Below, in pieces: positions 1 to 12,700 of a DNA stretch of 64,000 nt. A program made the translations under genes and the position numbers. Position 1 is the first letter of the stretch. The number at the start of each line of letters is the position of its first letter. The notes under the pieces are model-generated. The model was not told the DNA's origin. It made no database searches and worked only from the letters and a program-made list of their open reading frames with translations. Source of the stretch: Ostrea edulis (taxonomy: Eukaryota); assembly GCF_947568905.1 (NCBI RefSeq), contig NC_079166.1, positions 48,174,001-48,238,000 of the forward strand. The letters are read 5' to 3'.

Positions 1-749
1 AGGAACACTGTACCCTCAAAATATAATTGTCATTTTTTCTAGATGCTTTTACCGTACATGTACACCAATCATGTGCATCCTAAAATTCCTACCATGTGTA
101 TGCTTAGATTTATATTTAGTTCAAAGATTGAAAGTTAGTGAATGCAAATTCTGTTTTAGATTGTAGAATTTTTAGGATGTGCATTTTGGAATTTAGTTTT
201 TAAAAACACAAAAGTTTTTTAGAATTGAAATACCTGTTGAAATAATTTTGAATTTTTTTTTCTTAAAAAGAAAAGGTTGATATTTTTGTCACAGGAATTC
301 ATATAGAGCACACTTTCATAGATTTTAAACCCCAAGAGTTTTTTGACACACAAGTCCTGGCATTTGTTTGGGTTTTTTTCTCTCGAATTACATAGAAGAG
401 TGTGTGTGTGTGAGTGTGATTTTAAGTCACCATGATGACATTTCCCCCTAAAACAACATTTTAATCCTTTCGTCTGTATTGTATCATGTTTATCTTTGTG
501 TGTTAGATGAGTTTTTGAAGTCTTGTAAGTAGATATTATGTATAGAATATGTAATGCATATGATCAAGTTATAAATTCATTAAGATACTGGTATATATAC
601 TATGTAGTGCTACATATGTATATCATAACATATTCAGGCTCATTAATTAAACTCTGATATAAGTGAAATCAAATAGACCCAAGTTTTATCAACAGACAAG
701 TCATCAGGTATTTCATATACATGTATGTTATGATGTCTTAAGTCATTTG

Positions 750-1082
750 AGAAAGAGAGAGAGATAGAGAGGAGACACACAGATAGAGAAAGACAGAAAG
801 AAAGAGAGACAGACATAAAGAAAGAGAAACAGAGAGAGAGAGACACACAGAGATAGAGAGGGACACAGAGAAAGACAGGGATAGAGATAGAGAGAGAGAG
901 AGAGAGAGAGACACACACACAGACATAGAGAGACTTAAGAGACATACAGAGACATAGAGAAAGAGAGACACCAAGAGAAAGAGAGACACAGAAAGAAACA
1001 CAGAGAGACTCATAGAGAAAAGTACACATGGGGAGAGAGACAGACAGAGAGAGAGAGAGAGAGCTGAGACAGACAGAGAGTA
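750..1082. repeat. Imperfect (GA)n/(GACA)n microsatellite tract
   Basis: Direct reading of gagagaga/gacaga runs; source of spurious S/L-rich ORFs at 643-1212 and 738-1013. Confidence 0.95.
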
Positions 1083-1197
1083 TCAGAGAAAAATATTTTG
1101 GTGCTAGGAGAGAAAAAAATAGATTGTTTAATTTTGAAATATTTTTATGACGTTGCCAAATGACAAAATAACATTCCATAGTGCCTTGAATTTTAAG

Positions 1198-4100
1198 GTT
1201 TATGGATCCCAATGCTGGTCCATTATCAGAGTTAGAAAGATGGCGGCGTCGTCAACGGTTACTGACCAGTATTACAGAACAGCTGAAAAGTAAAGAATGC
1301 AAAGCAGTGATAGGTGTCTTGATAACAGCTAAGTCCAGATTGCTGAAGAAATGGAAAAATGTGGATGCTCAGTGAGTGGGAATGTTTTGATTGTAAACTA
1401 TATAAAACCTTTTAGGTAATGCATTTATGGACTTAATTCACTTGAGAGTTCCCATGTTTGTGCTTCCTTTCAAATTTTATGAACTGTTTCAGTTTTTAAA
1501 TTTTACATTTGATTTTTAGGATTACTGATGCCATGAATGACACCAAAGACAAAGTGAAATACCTAGAATCTCTGAGGCGCCATTTTGACCAGCTCTATCA
1601 AGATGCAACACCAGCCTCCATCATTAACAACGCCATTCCAGGTATAGTCAACAGCGTGCGCCAGATGGACTCCATTTCCCGGTACTATGCCAGAACTGGT
1701 TTTCTTGGTATTGTATTTACCAAGATCACGAACCAGCTGGTGTTAGCCTGCAAGGAGTACATAAAGAATTGCACCATTACTGCTTATGACGGAGATGAAT
1801 TGTGGGTAAGAATCAAGGAGGAAATCAGAAATCGAGATTCGTTGCCAGTAGTGGACCCACAGCAAAGACTGCTGAGAAATCAAGTGGAGGCAAAAATTAA
1901 GGTATACTATCTAGCATATACAGATGATTACAAATCATAGGCTAGATACTGTATGTGTACTAATTTTAGTGTGTTCGAATTTTGGTACAATTCAAGCTGA
2001 TACATTATGTGACACACTGTAAAAGTGGTAATTTACACATGGGGGAAATTTACACTAATTACGAGGTCAAGTAATAAGCATGTAAATGTCCCCCACATGT
2101 GTAGTTATAAATATTTGATATGATATATATTATCTTCAGTTACCGCGTAATTTAACCCCACGTGTAATGTTGAATGTGGAAAAATGCGTACTTAACCCCC
2201 AGCGTAAATAACCACTTTTACAGTACTGTTAACCCCCAGCGTAAATAACCACTTTTACAGTACTGTTAACCAACTTTTTTTCACGAGCGAGAAATTTTCA
2301 CGAGAATAGTGAGAACCTAATCATTGGAAATACTTCTCACCGTGAATCAGTCCATTAATGTCTCTTGTATTTGTTTAAGATAATCTAAGTCACGAAAATT
2401 AGTCGCCGTGAAATAGTTCATCACTGGTAAAGCCCAAAATAAAGAAGTTGCAAGTAAAAGTTGATTTTCAATAATCATGATATAGTACAACTAGTACTTC
2501 TTCTATGTGTGATAAATTTTTGGATGAACAGAGATTTTAATATTTTAGTGCAACCATAAATTAGTGCTTGTGCTACTCTGCTGAAATCACACTAAAACAA
2601 GTACACCATAATGCTAGAAAGTTCAGAATTAGAAGGAATAATTTTAATTAATCAAAATTTCCTAGTAACAGCATTGTGAAGAAATCTAAGTACAGTACAA
2701 ATCTAATGAATTTTTGAAATGATTTGAACACTGATTAAAACAAAGAATTTATTTCAGTACAGTAAAACATGGTTACAACAAAATTTACATGCTTATAATG
2801 AATTCATGCTTACATTGAAATGATTTTCATTCCCTATAGTATTAAAACATATTCATGAACGTATTGGATAAAAAGAATAATTACGTTTAAAATGAATCAA
2901 AATTGTTTGTCCCCCAGCACTTTGCTATAAGATCGTTTTATTGTATAAGGTTTTATTCAAAGACTCTAGAAGTTCGACAAAATAAATCTATTTTATCTTT
3001 GACATAGCTCTGCACCAGAACACATACTTTTTCTATGACACAGTAGCATTTGAACTGAAATGGCCCATTTTATAATTTCAGCAACAAGGTGCCCTGACTA
3101 GAGGAAAGACCAAGGAGGGGAAGGATCTGGGTTTACAGGACGACAGTTTGTACGGCAGACTGAAGGCATGCCTGACCCTACAAGGATACTACAGGGAGAC
3201 CCTCAGGTCACTCAGAGACTCCCTCGGGCAGACCACCAACATGTCTCACTTCCCCTCCCTCAGTAGTGTGGGGGGACCTGGCAGTTTTACTACCAGGTAA
3301 CTATGTTTTTGTGTTTCCTGTAGAGTGTATGTGAAAAGGCAACCAGACTCAGGAAAACAGTAGGTAAAGGGGCAGAAGTGGCAACTATGGAAGATGGATA
3401 ACGTGAATGAATGCAGCATTTTTGAGAAATATCACACAAGGCTGAACACCCCTCCAAAAAAAAATCCTTGATCTTAATACAGATCTCTTCCCATATCGCT
3501 TGTTGCAAGTTACAAGGTCCATATTTCTTTGGTAAAACTGTATACATTTATTATAATGGAAAATATTGCATGTGTATGTGTTTACATAATCCTGCTAACT
3601 AGCAGATGGACAAATGACATAAAAAGCTAATAGGTCATTGCCTTGGCAACTTATTAGGCATAGTGATGATTATTGAATACTGTTGGATGAGAATTTACAT
3701 GTAATAGAAAGTCAATATGAAGAAAGTAAGTGATTTTAGGTGAAAATTGTGAATACAAATCTTTTCTGTTTCAGATCGAAGCCCAGCAATGCTTCACGAT
3801 CAGGGCCATCTGTGTCTCCTAAGAAAGGAATCTCCACTCTAATGACGAACGATGCTGGCCATGGTGTTTCTATCGCTGATGAAGATGCCATTATGTCACA
3901 CATGGACAGCTACTGTAACCGGATCAGACAGCTGATTGATGTCATCAATACACTGGCTCAGTACAACAAGTAAGAGATTAAATAATCTAAGCACTTAGGA
4001 TTTTCATGTCAGGTTTTGAATGAAATGTACTTGATAGATTGTATACAAAGTATTATGTCTGAGTGATAATATATAAAAGCTGCCTGTGTTGTGTTGAGAT

Positions 4101-7100
4101 CAGTCCCTAGACCAGTCCCTATGTTGCAGACTCAGACTGACACAGTGAGGGTTTTTGATTGTCTCATGACATGGAACCACAGTGTGTCATCAGTTAGTCC
4201 TAATGTTTTTTCTCATCCTAAAAACTGTTGAATGTTTGATGATTGCCATTTCTGAAAGTCTGAGGTCAGCCCTGAGATTCCATCCTTGATGGCTTGTCAC
4301 ACAGCGAACACTCTGCTAACTGAACTTTAAGAACATACATAATAGTTTGTAAGGAAGGGTTTTACATGAGAGAGTATGGTGGTCGCTTTCTTGGATAAGT
4401 TTTCTTCATGTATCCCAGTCTCTTCCCTCGCTGATGGTCACCTTACATCTAGCATCCAAGCCAACAATTCATTATCTGTCACATGTTAGTGGTATAAAGG
4501 TTATACTATTTTAAAGGTTGTCTACCTCCACCATTGGAGTTCCCAAACCCAGGAAGGAGGACCTTGTGGTGGATGATGAAGACAGTGATGAGTACAAGTA
4601 CAGGAAATACCGAGAGAACAAAGCCAACAAGTGTAAGTCATACAGGAGTGTAAGTCACTAAACAAGTCATACAGGAGTGTAAGTCACTAAACAAGTCATA
4701 CAGGAGTGTAAGTCACTAAACAAGTCATACAGGAGCTGTAAGTCACTAATCAAGTCATACAGGAGTGTAAGTCACTAAACAAGTCATACAGGAGTGTAAG
4801 TCACTAAACAAGTCATACAGGAGCTGTAAGTCACTAATCAAGTCATACAGGAGTGTAAGTCACTGAACAAGTCATACAGGAGTGTAAGTCACTAAACAAG
4901 TCATACAGGAGTGTAAGTCACTAAACAAGTCATATAGGAGCTGTAAGTCACTAAACATGGCTCATACAGGAGCTGCAAGTCACTGAACATGGCTCATACA
5001 AGAGCTGCAAGTCACTAGTTTAAGCTTTGAATGTCATGGAAAATAAGATGGATGCTAAAAAAAATCCGGGAATATCAGGCTTTCTAAAGTGGTTGAATTT
5101 TAAAATTTCTTACCAATCTTTGTCGAAATTTTGAAGTATTGCATATTCTTAATTTTGTTATTCAGTTATGAATCTACTAGTATATATTTTACTAGATGAA
5201 ATTCATTGACTCACTTTCTTTGAGTAGAATTGGGCATAGAAAATCAATGAAATCAATGAAGGGTCTTGATAAGTCTGTATGAACCATGCTGATTAAATCA
5301 GAGCCCACCTTATTTATACAGAGTCTGACTTCCCAGAAATACAATAAATGTATGTTAATTTTCTTACAGTGGAGTATGATGATGAGGAAGATGAGGGCAT
5401 AACCATCACAGTTCCCTCCCCTGAGAGGAGTGGACTGAGGGCCATCAAAGAGGCTGAGGAGAACCAGGAGGACAATATCTCCGAAATTGAGGAGTCTGCG
5501 GAATTAAAAGAGAAAGCAGCTGCTCAAGAGGATGCTGATGATGTGTTTGAATCTGTGAACAACAACAAGGGGCTCAGTGAAGAGGAGCTCATGGTACTCA
5601 GTACGTAATATTTGTATTGGTCAATCACTTTAACCAGATTCCTGCAGGTGTTTCATTTGGGACATAAATACAAAAGAGAAAAATAGGAAAATATGCAAAG
5701 TGATCTGTAAAATGTATGCTAAATATTACGGTATATACTGTTAGGTGAACTTTCAGAAAATTTTTTAAATTTACCGAGTTGTCAAAGCAAAATATGGTGT
5801 ATTAGATTTCCTAGCAGTTTGTGATAAGTAAGAATGGGAAGATGTTAATGTGTAGATGTGATCAGACTGATCATTCTGTGTAGTTAAGAGGTATATGTGT
5901 ATTTGTACATTTCACCAATAGGGCGGTACTTCCCGGAGGATGAAGAAGAGGAAGGACCCAGCATTTCAGCCATTATTTCAGAACATCTTCAACAGATGAC
6001 ACAGGCCATGAGTGACAACGTCACCACAAAAACCATGCTGGATGTGGAATCCAAGGTAATGACCTCTGACCTTTGAGTATAAAATCTAGAATATCAGATG
6101 TGTGAGGTGTGGCATTATAAAGAAGGAACTATTAGATGATTTCTTTTGGGGGAAAAATTAAATGGATACTTTTAATGATCTGATGCAATCTATAGTGTTG
6201 ATTTTCCTTTGACATTTGTCATGTTTGTTAGTATGAACTGATGTTTTGATTTTATGCACCATGCAGACTTGATTTTCATTAACATTCACGGACTCCTGTG
6301 TACACCCGTTTTAACATACTACACTGGCTTCAGTTGGAAAGGTTTTGATATTCCATCAGGCACCATCTTTATGTCACTGACCAGAATTGTTTTCAGGATT
6401 CTCTTGTAGAATCACTTGTTTTCATGGGGTCAGTTTTTGGTGGTTTAAGAAAAATGAGTTCGTTGGTAAGGAATTGACTTTGTCATTGACAAATTGATAT
6501 TCTTTATTGTAGTTCAGTTTCTCATTGAGGATTTAAATTTTACACCATGATATTAATGAAAATACAATCCCCATGGAAATTAATGATTTTGTAATATATG
6601 CTCTTTCACATAAACTTTTATCGATGTCTACTGATATTTCCCACCATCTATTGTTAGATACATTCTATAAAGTTAGCAATCAACCTTTTTTCACAGACTC
6701 GTTACTATGGCATGCCTGGATTGGTAACTCTTTCTTTGAATGTTTATCTTTGATATATAATATTTTAGCAGATATAGGATTTTATATGAAATTGTTTTCC
6801 TTTTGAGTCCTTTGAAATACTTCCATTTCCCAACATGCTAGAATTAGAGACTGACTTACGTACAGAGCATGATGATTTACAGAGATACAATTTCATTCAC
6901 CTCCTCGTATTCCCCTGCATGTTCAGCTTTTCAAACAAACATTATTGATGATTGTTGTTGTTTTTTTTACCTGGCCTTTTGTGCAAGTTTAGCATCAAAT
7001 TCATGATGTAAATGTGATGAAATGTTTGCATGCATTATAGAATGGTGAATTTTAGTCTTATGTCTGCTATTTGTACATGTATATAGGAAACTGAAATTTT

Positions 7101-9735
7101 CCTTTTTGTCCTGAACTGTAACTTGGAGTGAAACAGCTGTGTGTACATGTATCATGCGATACTGAGCTTTTATCATATTCCAGAAATTACATGATTATTT
7201 CTCTCAGTATTTATTTTCTTGTTTGTTTCACATCTAAGTTTTTGACACAATACAATATGCTTCAATAACTTTGCAGATATATGATGTACCAATGGAAATT
7301 CAATGTCTACATGATTATATGGGAAATGCTTTAGTCTATTGTACTTGCAGCATCACCTAGCATGTATCTTGAAATTTATAGTGCTACCTTTTCATATGAA
7401 ATCATAATATTTTTTCCACCAGTTTGAAGTTTACATTCTGCCTTAAAATCATTTCTGAATGTTTACATTTCTTTTCTAGATGTGTCTTATTTACAAAAAC
7501 TTAGATTTAGAATTATATTGATATGTAATAGAATTGAGTAATGAATGTTTATTGTCTTTGAAGTCTCTGATAGTAAAAGAAAATTGTCATTATGGGAAAC
7601 CATTAATTATATTACTGTTTTGATAATACATGCAGCTTAATATGTACTTTTACTTATTCAAAGGATAAAGACAGATTTGAAGACTATTATACCAACTTTG
7701 CACAAATTGTCACTGACTTGGAGACTTTCCTTGCTGCATACCTTCATGCCATATTCATTGGGAAAACCAAAACACAGCAGGCATTGGACACAATCACCAG
7801 GTATGATAACATCTGTTGTTATTCAGTTAATGATGATAATGATGATGAAATTGATTATGATGATGATTGAAATAGACAATATACTGTCAGGAAAAAATTA
7901 TTATTCCAGATTTACCCCAGTCCAAAACAGACCAGGAATTAGAATTTGCATCTCAGAGAAATTTGTTGAAATTTTCAATTGGTATGAATCAGACCTGGAA
8001 GAAGTCCATCAGATTTATGATGCTCACAAGGTAATGATAAAAATAGGTGAATTAAGCAGAGATACTTCCACCAAGTGTATCATAGTCTTTAACAATGGAA
8101 GTAGAATTGTATTATAGATATAATCTGTCTTTTGTCTAGAATAACCCTCAGTTGGTTAGGAATGCTCCCCCAGTAGCTGGAGCCATCCACTGGTCTAGAC
8201 AACTACTCAAACGCATTGAGGATCCCATGAAGATTTTTCGTGACAACAAGGCTGTGAATCAGTTAGGTGACTTTGGCAGGATAGTGCGGATCTACAACAA
8301 GCTTGCAACTGCTTTGGTTACATTTGAAAGCCTGTGGTTCACCCAATGGAAGAACAGAATTGACCATGCTAGGAATGGACTGAGAGCCACTCTCTTTGTA
8401 CACCATCCCACCACTGATGAGATTGTTGTCAATGCCGATGAAAGGTAATGGTTGTTAGATGTTGTCAAGCTGAAATTTCCACAACTTGGTGTTATGTCCT
8501 GAGCTGTGTTGTGCCCCGGGAATTTTATATCTAACCTTGTGGAACTTAAAATTATCAACAAAATTTAAAAAGCAGTTTACATCTACTTTATAACAAGAAA
8601 ACTGCAAAGGTACATATAGTTATCTTTGTACTAAGTTATTGATGTGTATATATGTATTTGAACTTTATTTAATTTTTCACAGAGCAAATGTTCTATTGTG
8701 ATATATGAACCAATTTGAACTTACACATATAGTCATTTGCTTTCAAAGAGTGTTGGAACTGATCCATGAGGCAAAGTGGCTGACTAGGCTAGGAATCCAG
8801 ATTCCAGATGCAGCAATAGCCATCATGCAGCAGGAATCCAGATTCAAGAGCTACAAGAGCCACCTGGAGCTGGTGCTGAATGAATACAAGGAAGTATGTG
8901 AAGCTATTCCGGAGCCACTCCAGAAACTGTTTGCAGTCCATACAGAACATGTGGAGCAGCAACTCCAGCCCGGACTCAGCACACTGGCCTGGAACAGCAT
9001 GAATATAGGTAGTACAGATGTACTTAAAACTTGTTAAAAATGTGCAAGAAATAAGTTACAGTACAGGTTATGCTGTAGGATTAATGTTGAAGTAATGGGG
9101 ACATTACAAAATTATTTCATATCAATTAAGGAAGAACTTCAGCAGATTTCTTTCATGAAAAGCCAATTTTGTTACTTATTGTTAATATGTCAATGTTTCA
9201 GCATTTTATTAACAATTTCATTTTTGAAAATATTAAAACAGAACCTAAGAAAGGTATGAACTTTTTAGGGATGCCTGCTTTAACTGAATGGCCAAAAATA
9301 AAAATTAAAATGCATGATGTGTGTTCAGGAAGGTTTAGACAGAAAGTAACAAAAATCAGTAGTATTATTCAGTAGTCATAGTGTAAAGTTTTTACCTAGG
9401 TAAAAAAATTCTAAAGCTCATTGTTATTTTCATTGAAATGTGGATATGGGAGCAACTTTGTTCTTTCTCATAGTCTGTTTGACCACTGAGAAACATTTCC
9501 TTTAGATTATTTGTTTTCTCTGAAGGCTCATCTCAACATTATGTAGGAAAACACCGGTTTTATATTTACAATCATTTCAGATGCTTTCCTGCATCAGATC
9601 CACACAGCCACCCAGAAACTGAAGTCAATGGAGACCAAAGTAGCAGAGATAATGGAGAGACAGGTGTTCTCTACACTGGATGACATCAGCAACTTCTATC
9701 TGTTTGACATCGACGAGGCATTTGCCAGATCCTGG
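1198..9735 (+). CDS. Dynein tail, DHC_N1 region (exons 1-12) with acidic and Ser-rich insertions
   Basis: GPLSELERWRRRQRLLTSITEQLKSKECKAVIGVL..ITDAMNDTKDKVKYLESL and NNPQLVRNAPPVAGAIHWSRQLLKRIEDPM match the conserved axonemal dynein N1 segment. Exons 3-7 add DDEDSDE, EYDDEEDE and EDEEEE stretches. Confidence 0.9.
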
Positions 9736-12700
9736 GTTAGAAATCTTCAATATTCTTCTACTAATGGCATTAAATGATGCTATATTTTTTTTATTATGCA
9801 CCTTCAACTTTTTTACAGTGGGGTAATCATATATCGTCGACTGACCAGTTTTCTCATTAATCACTTGGATTAGATAAATAAACAACACGTCTGCCTTTAA
9901 AGTAATTAAATTCCTTTACATTCATCCAAAAATTCCTAATCCATTGGTACGTTAATTGCATATATTTTCGTAACAAAAAACATGTCACTTTGTGGTCTTA
10001 AAACGTTGACATCACCTATTTCGGTGACCATTGTTAATATAGGTTTACCAAAAGTTTGTAACTGTTAAAATGTGTATACAGGAGGAATGTGCAACTAATC
10101 GTCAATGAATAGAATAACATAGTGTAGAATTCTAGACTTTTGGTATACTTTATATGAATTTGAAGGTTTACTTGAAAAAGTAATAAGTAAATGGGCTTAT
10201 TTTTTGGGTGCTAATGTTGATTTTTTGCATACTCTCCTTCAAGTACTTCATTTTCGGAAAAAAATTGAAGAAGTGTTCTGTGTATGTTTGCAAACACTAT
10301 GGCGAAATTGATGACGTAATCAACACCCGGAAATGACAATGCGCACACGTAAACCAAAGGTCACCGATTCTGGTCAGTCACCGAAATAGGGCAGTCGACG
10401 ACACAATGAACTGTTCACTTTGCTATGGAATTTCAGTCTTGGAAAAGTTGATTTGGACTTTGAATTTCAATTTCAGCCCCCTGAAGATTTCAGAGAAGTG
10501 ATGCTGAGAAGTGCCCAAGACAGATCTCGTAAATTGCAGGAAATGGTGAGAACGGTAGCAGACGGCCTACAGAAAGTGGCCAACACCCTGGCACTCAGAA
10601 AGGTGAGGGAAGTTTTTACACTTTTTCTGTTTAGTTTGTGGTAGAATTAGAAAAGTACAGAATTCAATTCAGTGATGCATCTTTTCATTATTGCATATTT
10701 TGTTAAATGATAAAATTCAATTTAGAAAAAGGTATCACACATTCTATACCATGGTGATTCTTGAATTTTTATCAATATATGTAGAACTATAGGAAGACTT
10801 GACTGTGCTTTCATAAGAGCACTGGAGTATGTTTATATTTAGTTTCAATTCCATTCAAACAGCCTTGCATATGTCAGATTTGTGTATTAAATCTTGTCAT
10901 TAATTTAGGTTTGTTACAAATATCAGATTTGTGTATTAATTCTTGTCATTACTTATACAATATAGGTTTGATACAAATACCATATTATGAGCTTCATATT
11001 GTCTTAGTAGGCATAATTGATTTGTAAAATACAGGTAGATTAGAATTATTTGGAATTATAGTATAATAAGGTACTGCATGTTAGTGCAATTTTCTCATAT
11101 GGAAGAGTCTTAAATGAAGTAGAGTGCAAAAAATAAACTTTTTCTCATTTCATTTTCACTGTTCGAACAAAAAATTGACCGGACTAATTTCATTGTCAGT
11201 GTTGTCTGTAACTTCATTCTCTAACTGATCACATGGTGCAATGCGACCCACTTTTCAGGAATATGACCTCACTTCAATGCGGGGAGAAATGCATTCCAAG
11301 CTCATTGGGTACAAGCGGCGCCAAATCGTCAGGGAGCCACAGCGCCGGCCATCCTCTTCACCGTCTCTTATTCCAATGATGGTCACTATTATAAAACACT
11401 GCATGATTAATTGGGCTTATTTATTCCATTATAATTCATTTCAATGCCAGTTTGAAACAATGGGTAATTCTTGCTTTACTCGCTTACCTGTAAATCCAAT
11501 ATTTATCAGGAATCTCACATGCAGGAAACTAATTTTTCTCTGAAATCTACCACTTTTCAGGAATCCAATAAGTTATGTCTCATTTTTTTCCCCATAGCAA
11601 TTTGAAAGATGTAATGATTGTTGATTTCAAGTATTTATTAAAATGATAAATTATGATAAGTAATTGAAAGATTTCAAACTGGCATCACATTACTAACATA
11701 CACCTATATTAGCCTTTGTATCAGATTTTGGAATATTGGTAATTAATTTATGCATAATTGTTTTAGAAATTCAAATTCATTTGCAAGGAAACTAGGATAC
11801 AATGGCAAATAGCAAGTGTCAAATTTGTTTACTGACATCAAAACTTCCTTTCCAGTGTTTATCATTCCAGCACTACACCTCTTCATTAAATAATGGTGAC
11901 GGACCTGGTATTTCTACTGATGACCATTTTTCTCCTTGTATATATTTGTCTTACATGTTTGTTTGACTGTTCTTCATGTCTATTAGGGCTCTTAGAATGG
12001 ACTTTGGTTTCTGAGTACTCGAGTGTATCTGATCGGGTTGTATTGAATGATACACATATTTATATTTCTTTATTTTTATCTTGGCACACTTTCATTTTCA
12101 ATTTTGAAAAGCAATACAGTGTATCATTTTTGAGTTTATAGATTTAATGCATGTTTTTTTTTAGCATTGGATTAAGGTTTAATTTTTAAAAAAATGTTTT
12201 TATCAGTTTGAAAAGTAATTTAAAAAAAAAGAATTATAAAAATTTTGATTTTAGTGAACTTTTACATCTTTAGGTAATTAAGGTATTAAAATTTTGAGTG
12301 GAATTTCAGTGCCCTGAGTATTTCCCAGGCCTTTTAGATATGCTATCTAATTGATCACTTTGTGCCATTGCAGAGTGAGCATCATGGGAAATCTAAGAAG
12401 ATGGCACTTATGATGGATGAAGAGGAAGTGGCACGGGAAAAACAGAAAGCCATGGAAGAAGAGCACCACGTGGCTGAACTCATTGGTGAGGTCAAGGTCA
12501 TAGGGGATGCATGGCCTTTAACTACTAAAAATATTTATTGATAGAAATTTTTTTTTATAGATGCTCATTTACATTTCTCTATTTTGAAATGTATTAAATG
12601 ATGATGTTGAATGCCTGTATTTGGTACAATTTTTCCTGTATGGCTATACCGTAGAGAATCAATCAACCTCACTTCATATTTTTGAACAGCACATTATAAG

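Noticed and set aside
643-1212. 189-aa and 91-aa minus-strand S/L/V-rich ORFs
   Set aside because: Translation of the GA microsatellite.
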